Origin: Candidatus Bathyarchaeota archaeon
GTDB lineage: Archaea > Thermoproteota > Bathyarchaeia > Bathyarchaeales > Bathycorpusculaceae
Assembly: GCA_963715865.1 (NCBI GenBank)
Contig: OY970280.1
Span: forward strand, 1,152,001-1,216,000
Reading direction: 5' to 3'
DNA length: 64,000 nt
Of the stretch, positions 1 to 8,563 are shown in pieces. The position numbers and the translations under genes are program-made. The stretch's first letter is position 1. The number at the start of each line of letters is the position of its first letter. Below the pieces are notes generated by a model. It saw only the letters and a list, made by a program, of their open reading frames with translations, was not told the DNA's origin and made no database searches.

Positions 1-1083
1 GCTGCTTTTCACCGTTGGACTAAACTTTTCGAGGAAATCGGCGTGGCTTCGTAGTTTTTTGAGTGCTGAAAGCAACGCTGGATGACCATGAACTCGCATT
101 TCCGTGTGCTCCCACAACCTGCCTTCCCTTATGGCTTGCTTTATGCGTTTTAACTCCGCTACGCAAACGTAAAGGTTGTGCTCAGCCAAGAAAACTTCGC
201 GTTCTTTTTTCGCTTTCCTTTCCAGTCCCCTCGGCGTTTCAGATGCGCATCTGGGGCAACTGCATGGGAAATAATCCAGCTCCTCAAGCCGCCACGTACC
301 GTTCTCAGTCATGTAACGGTTTTCTCGAGCGTACAAGGCGTAAGCGGCTGAATCGAAAAGGTCGCATCCCAGCGCCACTGCCAACGAGAACATGGCTGGG
401 TGCCCCGCACCAAACAGATGCAGCGGACGCTCGAGGGGTAAGCCTTTTTTCGCTGTCAGTATCATGTCAGCTAAAACGTCGTAGCGGTAGCTTTCCATCA
501 CTTCAGTTGGGCTTCCAAGCGCGTGGATTTGGAAGGGCAGCTTTCCCATTTCAACCGCTGAGTTAGCGACGAGGTCAAGGTGTCTTCCGCCTTGCACTGG
601 CCCCACCCACAAGATGTCGTCTCGCGTTTTGGTTTTGAAAAAGTCTTTTGCTCTCCGCAGGGTTTCAGCCACGGTTTTTTCGGCTTGTTCTTTGGTTACT
701 TTCCAGCCTGTTGGAATATCAAGCATGGTGGCGATGTCGCTGCCGATGCCTTCTTGGTAGGCCACGATTTCTTTTTGGCTAACATCCACCTCGCCGTAAA
801 CGAGGATTTGGTAGGCTCCTGAATCAGTCATCACGGCGCCATCGAAATCAAGAAATTTATGCAAGCCCTCATCTATTGGCTTGTTTTGGTAGCGTTTTTT
901 TAGTATGTAAGCGTTAGTTATGATTGCTTCAAAACCGAACGTTTCCTTGAGCTTTCTCGGCGGAACAGGCTGAATGCTGGGGTTAATTACTGGGAATAAG
1001 AGTGGAGTTTCCACTGTTCCGCTTTTAGTTTTTAGTTTGCCTATTCTGCCTAGTAGGTCTTTTTCTTTTATTTCGAAACTCAA
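1..1083 (-). CDS. tgtA: Archaeosine tRNA-guanine transglycosylase (7-cyano-7-deazaguanine tRNA-ribosyltransferase); 3' end runs off the window
   Basis: Not in ORF track; hand translation from TTG at 1083: MSFEIKEKDLLGRIGKLKT..TPLLFPVINP..MTDSGAYQ..GPVQGG..HLFGAGHP..GCDLFDSAAY..CSCPRC; open to position 1. Confidence 0.95.
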   Translation of the reverse strand, partial: MSFEIKEKDLLGRIGKLKTKSGTVETPLLFPVINPSIQPVPPRKLKETFGFEAIITNAYILKKRYQNKPIDEGLHKFLDFDGAVMTDSGAYQILVYGEVDVSQKEIVAYQEGIGSDIATMLDIPTGWKVTKEQAEKTVAETLRRAKDFFKTKTRDDILWVGPVQGGRHLDLVANSAVEMGKLPFQIHALGSPTEVMESYRYDVLADMILTAKKGLPLERPLHLFGAGHPAMFSLAVALGCDLFDSAAYALYARENRYMTENGTWRLEELDYFPCSCPRCASETPRGLERKAKKEREVFLAEHNLYVCVAELKRIKQAIREGRLWEHTEMRVHGHPALLSALKKLRSHADFLEKFSPTVKSS

Positions 1084-1250
1084 CGCTGAAGCCTAAACAA
1101 GAATCGTTACTCGCTTATAAAAAAGATAAGGTAAATTTTTTTAAATCAAAAACATTCTTGTCAGCTCGCAAGTGAAACGCGATTGCCATTTGGATTAGAC
1201 ATCCTTATATCGCATAATTTGTCTAATACCGAGAAGAGAGATGCGAAAAC

Positions 1251-2003
1251 ATGGTTTGCTCAATAGACATAAGCGAAAAACCAAAACTAAACGACCCAAT
1301 CCTAATTGAAGGGTTGCCCGGCATAGGGTTTGTAGCTAATATTGCAGCGTTACATTTGATAAAAGAGTTAAAAGCTAAACGGTTCGTCCAAATATTTTCC
1401 TCGTCATTTCAGGATTTTGCAGTAACAACCGAAAATGGTGGAACGCTTTCGCCTATAAATGAACTCTATTATGCTAAGCGAGAGGATGGTGGACGCGACT
1501 TGATTATTTGGTATGGGAACACTCAGGCGCTGACAACTGTTGGGCAATACGAGCTATGCGGCAAAGTGCTTGATTTAGCGCAGGAGCTTGGCTGCCGCTT
1601 AGTAATATCTATCGGCGGCTTCAAAAAAGACGAAGCTCAACCTGTACCAGCAATTTACAGCACAGCCACGGATTTGGACACAATGAAAGAGGCGCTTGAT
1701 TTAGGAACTAAAGTGATGGTTGGACATGTTTTTGGCATTGCTGGTTTATCCATTGGATTAGCAAGGATTAGAGATTTGAAGGGTTTCTCTCTTTTGGTAG
1801 ATACGCCGGGAATGAATCCTGACGTGAACGCTGCGCGGTTCGCATTGACTACAGTTGGTAAATACTTGAACCTTAACATTGACTTATCAAAACTTGAAGC
1901 CAGCAGTGGCGAGATTAAGAAAATTTTAGAATCCTTTGGCATTATTAGAAGCATAACAGAAGAAAAGAAGAAAGAGGAAGAACAACTGCGCTGGTTTATT
2001 TAG
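1251..2003 (+). CDS. PAC2-family proteasome assembly chaperone-like protein
   Basis: PILIEGLPGIGFVANIAA, GNTQ, ISIGG motifs typical of the archaeal PAC2/PbaB family. Confidence 0.85.
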   Translation: MVCSIDISEKPKLNDPILIEGLPGIGFVANIAALHLIKELKAKRFVQIFSSSFQDFAVTTENGGTLSPINELYYAKREDGGRDLIIWYGNTQALTTVGQYELCGKVLDLAQELGCRLVISIGGFKKDEAQPVPAIYSTATDLDTMKEALDLGTKVMVGHVFGIAGLSIGLARIRDLKGFSLLVDTPGMNPDVNAARFALTTVGKYLNLNIDLSKLEASSGEIKKILESFGIIRSITEEKKKEEEQLRWFI

Positions 2004-2422
2004 GGTTTAACTTCGCTCATGAATTGTTCGTATACTTTTTGCACTCGGTCGGCAGCTGGACCTGAGCCTTCAACAACGCCTTTTTCTGTTAATTTCACTT
2101 TGTCCATGACCCAGATGAAGCCCTTGTCTTCGTATAGTTTAACCATGGTTGGGAAGACTTTTTCAAGTCTTGAGGCTAAGGCTTTGAGGTCGAAGGGTTT
2201 TTCTGCGCTTGATATTTGAGCAACCACGTTCCCGTTTAAGAATACTCGGTGAAGTAAGTTTCCAGATTCGTCTTTTGCATCGGCTATGCAAAGACTCATA
2301 TTGTCAGGGTTAATGCCGATGAGTGTACCTTTGAATGTTTTTCCAGTAGTTGTCACTACAGACACGGTTTTATCTGCTAACGCCGCGATTTCAGTGAAAT
2401 ACTTTCTTTGCACTACAGACAA
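2000..2422 (-). CDS. Sm-like archaeal protein with C-terminal extension (SmAP3/Lsm type)
   Basis: Sm1 motif (V.TTTGKTFKGTLIGINPDNMSLCIADA) plus C-terminal domain; TTG at 2422 follows GGAG (ORF track starts 2461). Confidence 0.8.
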   Translation of the reverse strand: MSVVQRKYFTEIAALADKTVSVVTTTGKTFKGTLIGINPDNMSLCIADAKDESGNLLHRVFLNGNVVAQISSAEKPFDLKALASRLEKVFPTMVKLYEDKGFIWVMDKVKLTEKGVVEGSGPAADRVQKVYEQFMSEVKP

Positions 2423-2662
2423 GTTTATTTCTCCTTTAAAGTAACGAGATTGCACTACCACTATTTATCTTTGATTTATATAGCATACTAGAAAACGGTC
2501 GGCGGCTTGATTTTTCATGCGACAGCTTTGAAAATTGGTTGCTATCTGCACTTTAGTTGGTAATTGCTAATCTGCAAGTTCAAAGTTTATTAGGCTTTAA
2601 GTCATAGTGCTCTTTCGCAAAAGTAATATTCTTAGTAAGAAATAGTATTGTTGCTGGTTTAA

Positions 2663-3082
2663 ATGCCCGTTAACGTGAGCCAAATTAAGCAGAGGATAAC
2701 TGAAGTTTTAGATGCAAAGGCAGAGTTAAATAGGTTGACTTTAAAGCCTTACGCTGAACTGAACGTGGAAGAGAAATACGCCATCAGGTACCACATCATA
2801 GTCATTGCAGAAGCTTTGGGAAGCGTATGCCTGCACATAGCTAAAGAAGACCTTCAACAAGAACCTTTATCGTACTCTGAATGCTTTAGACTTCTCGATG
2901 AAGAAGGCATAAGTGACAACTGTGCCAAAGAGTTAACTGTATTAGTGAGGCTTAGGAACTTACTAACCCACCGATACTGGATAATAGATGATAGTCAAGT
3001 TTACAACTCAATTAAAAACGACTTTAAAAGCGTCAATAAATTTTTAAAGAGTGTGCAGGAAAAATATGCAATCGACTTATGA
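2663..3082 (+). CDS. HEPN/DUF86 (HepT-like) RNase toxin
   Basis: R-x4-H motif RNLLTHRY, 139 aa, overlaps MNT gene. Confidence 0.85.
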   Translation: MPVNVSQIKQRITEVLDAKAELNRLTLKPYAELNVEEKYAIRYHIIVIAEALGSVCLHIAKEDLQQEPLSYSECFRLLDEEGISDNCAKELTVLVRLRNLLTHRYWIIDDSQVYNSIKNDFKSVNKFLKSVQEKYAIDL

Positions 3083-3416
3083 CAGAATACAGTATTACAG
3101 GATAGGGCAGAAAGAAAAGGAAGGCATTATCAGGAAACTTAAGGCTTTACTTGCCAAGGAGAACCAAGTTAAGCTTGCTTGGCTTTTTGGTAGCTTTTGC
3201 CGGCGAGACAGTATAAGAGACATAGACTTAGCCATCCACTCGGAACCAGAACTTTCTTTCAAAGAACTCCTTAACTTAAACGCGCAAATAGAGCTGGAGT
3301 TGAGCTTGCCTGTGGATATGGTAGAGATAGCGAGAGTTCCCAAAGTTCTTAAAGAAAAAATTTACACAAGCGGCGTTCTCATTAAGGGAACCAAAAAGGC
3401 TCCAGCATTAGGTTAA
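3066..3416 (+). CDS. Minimal nucleotidyltransferase (MNT/MntA-like antitoxin)
   Basis: AWLFGS..RDIDLAI and VDMVEI motifs; ATG at 3066 overlaps HEPN stop. Confidence 0.85.
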   Translation: MQSTYDRIQYYRIGQKEKEGIIRKLKALLAKENQVKLAWLFGSFCRRDSIRDIDLAIHSEPELSFKELLNLNAQIELELSLPVDMVEIARVPKVLKEKIYTSGVLIKGTKKAPALG

Positions 3417-3503
3417 AAGGAAAATCGCGCAAGCTTCAATTTTTCAACGCTTCACAGGGGTATGCGTTTTTGGGCTATTTTTATACAGAACAACTAAACG
3501 TTT

Positions 3504-4784
3504 TCAGGTTTTCTTTTCTTGTATTTCGCAGTTCTGCTTAAGGAACGCAACCGAGTTTGCAGGCAAATCGCGCTCAACCATTAAGTTTGGTCCCACCCAA
3601 CTGTTTACGCCTACCTTTACTCCGGGCATAAACAGCGACTTAATCCCTGTTTTCACGTTGTCGCCAAGGACAGCGCCGAGTTTTCTTCTGCCAGTATCAA
3701 CCAGCTGGTCTTTTACCATCATTTTGATTGGCCCAGCGTCTAAACGGTAATTAGCCGTGACGGTACCCGCGCCCAGGTTGCAGTGCTCGCCAAGGATGCT
3801 GTCGCCAACGTAAGACAAGTGCCCCACATGCGTGTAATCCATGATGATGCTGTTTTTGATTTCGCAAGCGTTGCCTACACGCACTTTTCTGCCTAAACTC
3901 GTGCCCGCTCGAATGTAACAGTTAGGTCCCACATCGCATTCTTCGTCGATAAAGCAGGGTCCTTCAATGTAGGCGCCTGAGCGGATGCGTGCTGATTCTG
4001 CAACTGAAACTGGACCGATAAGGTGGGCTCCTTGCTCTATCGTGCCTAAAAGTTGGTGCTCAATGCGTTTTAAAGCCCAATTGTTAGCATCCAGCAAATC
4101 CCAAGGCCTCCCCACGTCAAACCAGTCATCCTTCGAAATCTCGGCAGCCAAAACCGTTTTGCCTTCTTTAGCCAACAACGTTACGGCATCGGTGAGCTCC
4201 CATTCATTGCGGACGGAAGCTTTTGTTTGCTTTATTTTATTAAAAATCTCACGGGAAAACACGTACACTCCTGCATTAGCCAAGTTTGACGGCGCTTTCC
4301 CAGTAGCAGGCTTCTCCACGATGCGCTTAACCTTTTTCTCCTTGTCTAACTCGATTATTCCGTAGCTTTCAGGCTTCTCCACGGGCACGACACCCATGAC
4401 GGCAGCGGTTTTTCCGCGCTTGTACGACTGCAAGACGTTTTTTACGGCGTCTGGACCGAACAATAAATCTCCGTAAACAAGAATAAAATCATCGTCAACA
4501 TAGGGTTCAGCCACGCTGGCGGCGTTTCCTGTGCCAAGCGCTGCTTTTTGCTCAACATAAATGATGCGTAAGCCAAGTTTTTCGCCGTCTCCGAAGTATT
4601 GGTGAATCGCGTCACCCATGTAATGCGTAACAATTATTGCCTCGGTTATTCCAGCGTTTTTTACCGCTTCCAAGCAGAACTGCAAGATTGGTTTTCCGCC
4701 AACCTTAATCAAATGCTTAGGACGCGTCGCCGTTATCGGCAAAAGCCTAACGCCTTCCCCAGCCGCTAACAATACAGCCTTCAT
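3504..4784 (-). CDS. glmU: Bifunctional sugar-1-phosphate nucleotidylyltransferase/acetyltransferase (archaeal GlmU-like)
   Basis: LAAGEGVRLLPITATRPK motif, C-terminal hexapeptide repeats, HLSYVGDS; adjacent to glmM. Confidence 0.9.
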   Translation of the reverse strand: MKAVLLAAGEGVRLLPITATRPKHLIKVGGKPILQFCLEAVKNAGITEAIIVTHYMGDAIHQYFGDGEKLGLRIIYVEQKAALGTGNAASVAEPYVDDDFILVYGDLLFGPDAVKNVLQSYKRGKTAAVMGVVPVEKPESYGIIELDKEKKVKRIVEKPATGKAPSNLANAGVYVFSREIFNKIKQTKASVRNEWELTDAVTLLAKEGKTVLAAEISKDDWFDVGRPWDLLDANNWALKRIEHQLLGTIEQGAHLIGPVSVAESARIRSGAYIEGPCFIDEECDVGPNCYIRAGTSLGRKVRVGNACEIKNSIIMDYTHVGHLSYVGDSILGEHCNLGAGTVTANYRLDAGPIKMMVKDQLVDTGRRKLGAVLGDNVKTGIKSLFMPGVKVGVNSWVGPNLMVERDLPANSVAFLKQNCEIQEKKT

Positions 4785-6146
4785 TTCATTTCAGCCTCAA
4801 TTTGCTTCTTTATTAGTGCTGTTGCCTTTTCGGTTATATCATTTGCCACTGCTAATGATTCTCCTTCAACAGTTAAGCGGATAAGCGGTTCCGTTCCAGA
4901 AGCCCTAACCAGCAACCAACCGTCTTTTAGCGCTAACCGGACGCCGTCAACCGTGGAGAAATCAGTGTAATCTGGAAACGCCGTTTTTAGGGTAGCCCCA
5001 ATTTTTGCCACCGCCTTGTACTTTAACTCCTTTTTGCAAGTAACGTTTTCCCGCAGCGTAATGTACTCGGGAACCGCACCGACAAACTCAGATACACTTT
5101 TGCCTTCATCTTCCAAAGCTTTCAAGAACAACGCTGCAGACAACGGCCCATCAGGACAATAATGAAGCTGCGGATGCACCCAAGCGCCGCATGGCTCCCC
5201 TCCGAAAACAGCACCCGACGCGCTTGATGGCTTCTGAAATGTAAATGTCCCCAACTTTAGAGCGAATGACTCTGCCGCCCTGCGTTTGCGCCATCGTTTC
5301 AACACACATTGACGCTTCAACATTTGTTACCACTGTTCCACCGCCACTCCGCTTAAGCGCATAAGCAGCATACGCAGCCAGTGAACGGTCAAAGTTGACA
5401 AAAGCGCCTTTCTCATCTATGAAGGCTACACGGTCGCCATCGCCATCAAAAGCAATGCCTGCATCAGCGCCAAGCGTTTTGACAACCTTTGCCAAATCCT
5501 TGAGCGATTCAGCGGTCGGCTCAGATTTTCGGGCTGGGAAATACCCGTCTGGGTGAGCGTTAAGAGCAGTTACCTTGCAGCCCATGGCTTTCAACATTGC
5601 AGGGGCCACGTCGAAGGTGGCGCCGCATCCTGGATCAACAACAATCTGCCATCGCTTGCGGAGTGCAACAGCTTTCAGCGCCATTTCCATGTAAACTTGG
5701 CTTGCATCGATGGGGGTGGTTTTGCCGAGGCTGCGCCAATCTGCCAACGCAAAAGTCTCCTCAGCCACTTTTTTCTCCACTGCGTTTTGGTCCTCGTCGG
5801 TATAAGATAAGCTATCGCCATTGAAGACTTTTATTCCGTTATACTGTGGTGGATTATGCGAGGCAGTAAGCATGAATCCTGCATCCGCCCCAAACGCTTT
5901 AGTGGCATAAGCTAGAGCAGGCGTGGGAACTATGCCAGCCAAAAGAACTTCGGTGCCACTTGATAGCAAACCAGAAACCAAGGCATCCTCAAGCATGCTG
6001 CCGCTAACTCGCGTGTCACGGGCTACAACTGCTTTTTTGGCTTTTGCATATGTAGCCACCGCTAAACCAACCTTGCAAGCTAGCAATGGTGTTAAGTCAA
6101 CGTTTGCTAAGCCTCTTACGCCTGAGCTTCCAAACAGTTTAGCCAT
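4781..6146 (-). pseudogene. glmM: Phosphoglucosamine mutase, split by a +1 frameshift at 5214-5216 (probably intact gene plus indel error)
   Basis: LFGSSGVRG, TASHNP, DGDGDR in one frame; GAVFGGEPCG..RASGTEPLIR in the next; removing one G from CGC GTC GGG TGC joins them. Confidence 0.9.
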
Positions 6147-6220
6147 CTGTGCCCACTCTTGACAGGTAATCGTTACTGCATGGTTAAGGATAGTTGCTTA
6201 AAATAATTTGGCTACAAGCC

Positions 6221-7306
6221 TTAAGCGTTATCCCTAAGGAACATGGAAAGTTTACTCTTGGTGGGATGCTTGCCTTCGGGGTCTGAGAGGTAGCAGGCTG
6301 AAACCGCGTTTGCCAGCATTAAACGGCACTCGTCTGAAAGACCGTTTCTATCGCCTAAGATGTTTCCTGCGTTCCAAGCGTCACCCGCGCCAGTTGCCCG
6401 TAAAACCTTAACCTTAAAGGTAGGGACCACAACCTCTGTTTTGCCCTTTAAAGTGGCGGAGAAAACCGTGGTATGCAAGTCAATTCTTGCTGGTAGGTGC
6501 TTTGCTAAAATTCGTGCGGCTTCCATTGCTAACTCCGCAAACCCTAAATGCTCTTTTTTATCATTCAAAGTCTTATCAAGCAAAGCGGCGTAAATGATTG
6601 CTTCGTTCTCGTTCAGGCTTAAAATGTCCACTTGATTAGATTTCAGAACCATTTCCATCAATTCAGCGATTGCGCCGCTGTTAGGCGTGGGGTCTGCCGT
6701 GTCATAGTAAGTTTTGCCTTTGCCCTTCGTTTTTGCTCTGCCGAAAACCGCTTGAGCTAGCGCCGTGCCGAATTTTAATGTGCCAGCCCAGTTAAAGAGG
6801 CACGTGTAATCCGCATCCTCTATCAACGCGTAATCGCTCTCGTTGAGGCTTGCTGGACCAAAATCTGCTAGTGCACCTAAGTCTCTGAGCATAACGTTTG
6901 TTTTCTCATTTTTGTTTTTGAACTCTAAAGCAGTTGTTATTGAAGCTTTATCATGGATTTTTATGTGCGAAGTGTCGATTGGAGTGTCTTTGAAGTGGTA
7001 TTTTATTTGTTGTAAACCGAACTCGCTTGTGCAAACAATCGGTGTAACCTTGGCGCCTAGGTTGGCTAGGGCTGATGCCACGTTGATGGCGTTTCCTCCG
7101 CGGATGTCAGTTTGGTGGATGCCGTCGATGCTGCCACCTTTCCGTTTAGCCACATCTGCAATTAGCCCTGAAAACTCTGAGGCGTTCCAGTTCAGGTTTA
7201 TGAGTCTGTCAAGGAAGAAATCAGGCAAAACGACGACTTTGCATTCTTTGGGCTTTTCCTGTTCTAGAAAGTTTTTCAGTTCTTTTTTGCACTGCGCCAT
7301 GGACAT
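6221..7306 (-). CDS. PfkB/ribokinase-family carbohydrate kinase
   Basis: GGNAINVASALANLG and ATGAGDAWNAG PfkB signatures. Confidence 0.85.
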   Translation of the reverse strand: MSMAQCKKELKNFLEQEKPKECKVVVLPDFFLDRLINLNWNASEFSGLIADVAKRKGGSIDGIHQTDIRGGNAINVASALANLGAKVTPIVCTSEFGLQQIKYHFKDTPIDTSHIKIHDKASITTALEFKNKNEKTNVMLRDLGALADFGPASLNESDYALIEDADYTCLFNWAGTLKFGTALAQAVFGRAKTKGKGKTYYDTADPTPNSGAIAELMEMVLKSNQVDILSLNENEAIIYAALLDKTLNDKKEHLGFAELAMEAARILAKHLPARIDLHTTVFSATLKGKTEVVVPTFKVKVLRATGAGDAWNAGNILGDRNGLSDECRLMLANAVSACYLSDPEGKHPTKSKLSMFLRDNA

Positions 7307-7399
7307 TGAGAGGCTCCTATTAGTGTATTTCCAAAAAGCTAAAATACCTTTTGATTTAATGTTGTCTAAAGGGTATCTTGGAAGAGGGAGAAGAGCAGT

Positions 7400-7618
7400 T
7401 TGCAGTTTAAAACTGAAGTTTGCCTACTAGCCTTGGCAATTACATTGTTTGTGGTAAGCGCTTTCTTCTTTTCGTATCAAACTGGCAGCGCAACTTTTAA
7501 TCTAAATTGGTCTTATCCATACCGTGGATACGCCCTCGCGTTTGTCGGTTTTGGCTCAGTTCTTATGGTCACTGCATCCGTCTCTTATTCAAAACGCAGC
7601 AAAAGCATACTTCAATAA
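7400..7618 (+). CDS. Small two-TM membrane protein, unknown function
   Basis: 72 aa, two hydrophobic segments, fills gap between flanking genes. Confidence 0.55.
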   Translation: MQFKTEVCLLALAITLFVVSAFFFSYQTGSATFNLNWSYPYRGYALAFVGFGSVLMVTASVSYSKRSKSILQ

Positions 7619-7630
7619 TCTTTTTGGTTT

Positions 7631-8452
7631 TTAGCCGAGGATGAATCGAACAAGCAACCAGACCATATCGCCAAACAGTAAGGCGACAATTAAACCTAAA
7701 GTTATGAATATTAGCATGGGTAAACCAGGCGTTGCCCACACATAGGCATCGATTTTTCCTGCCTGAGCTGCGTTAGATAAGCGTTCAACAATTTTATCTC
7801 GCCCCTCATCACGTGGAACAACTACTAGTTTTCGTTTTAAAGCGTTCTCGCCGTCATCTTCCACATCTTCCATAGGAAAAACGTGCCATTTCTCCTTTAA
7901 CTTGGCAACAGTCACTTTGTAACCAGTTATCAAGATAACCACTTTTTTCCATAGTGATTCATGTGCGAGTGTTCCTGCGAACATTTTTTTGCCAGTTTTT
8001 TTGTGCCAAACCAAATTGCGCAGAATCATGTATATGCCGCTGGCTGCTGCGAACAAGACGGCGTTGCTGAATATGGTTAACGGGAATATGAACTGTGAGA
8101 TGGGTGATAAGCTTCCACCTCCCAAGATGGGGGAGAATAGGTTTTCAGGAGCGAAGGGCAAGGCAAAGGCGATGCACATGAGGGCTTTTGAGTCAGCGCC
8201 GCCAAACGCACCCGAATAGAACAACAAAAACGCCAACCCGACGGTAAAGCCTACGCTAATGCCGAAAAGGGCAAGTTTTGAGGAGTCATAGAGGAGTAAC
8301 TCTGCAAGTGAAAGCGCGACTGCAATAGGTGCATAGATTGCCCAGACGCGGTTGCTTACTTCTCGGGTTTTGTAGTCGCTCCATGATGCATAAATGAGGA
8401 AGGCTGCTGTAACTGACACCCTTGCCGCAGTGAAGATTACTTGGAAGGTCAA
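7631..8452 (-). CDS. pibD: Prepilin/class III signal peptidase (A24, PibD/FlaK family)
   Basis: Catalytic aspartates in ASWSDYKTREV and FGGADSKAL; C-terminal WATPGLPMLIFIT; ends the pilus operon. Confidence 0.9.
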   Translation of the reverse strand: MTFQVIFTAARVSVTAAFLIYASWSDYKTREVSNRVWAIYAPIAVALSLAELLLYDSSKLALFGISVGFTVGLAFLLFYSGAFGGADSKALMCIAFALPFAPENLFSPILGGGSLSPISQFIFPLTIFSNAVLFAAASGIYMILRNLVWHKKTGKKMFAGTLAHESLWKKVVILITGYKVTVAKLKEKWHVFPMEDVEDDGENALKRKLVVVPRDEGRDKIVERLSNAAQAGKIDAYVWATPGLPMLIFITLGLIVALLFGDMVWLLVRFILG

Positions 8453-8563
8453 TCTAATCCCTTGCTGTTATTTCTTTTGACTTACCCATTTTAAAAAACC
8501 GTCTGCTTAATATTTATTATATGAAAGGTAAATACTTAGCAAAAATAAGTATTGAAAATGTGG

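Noticed and set aside
63-822. Plus-strand ORFs 63-566 and 580-822
   Set aside because: Antisense shadows of tgtA; the same applies to most nested ORFs in the track (e.g. 3985-4365, 6843-7430, 17494-17889, 49096-49803)
2629-2641. Palindrome TTCTTA-G-TAAGAA upstream of HEPN-MNT as operator
   Set aside because: Only 6 bp in very AT-rich DNA; expected by chance
5200-5230. Programmed ribosomal frameshift in glmM (and the other split genes)
   Set aside because: No slippery heptamer or stimulatory structure seen; sites vary in type and direction, so indel error is simpler
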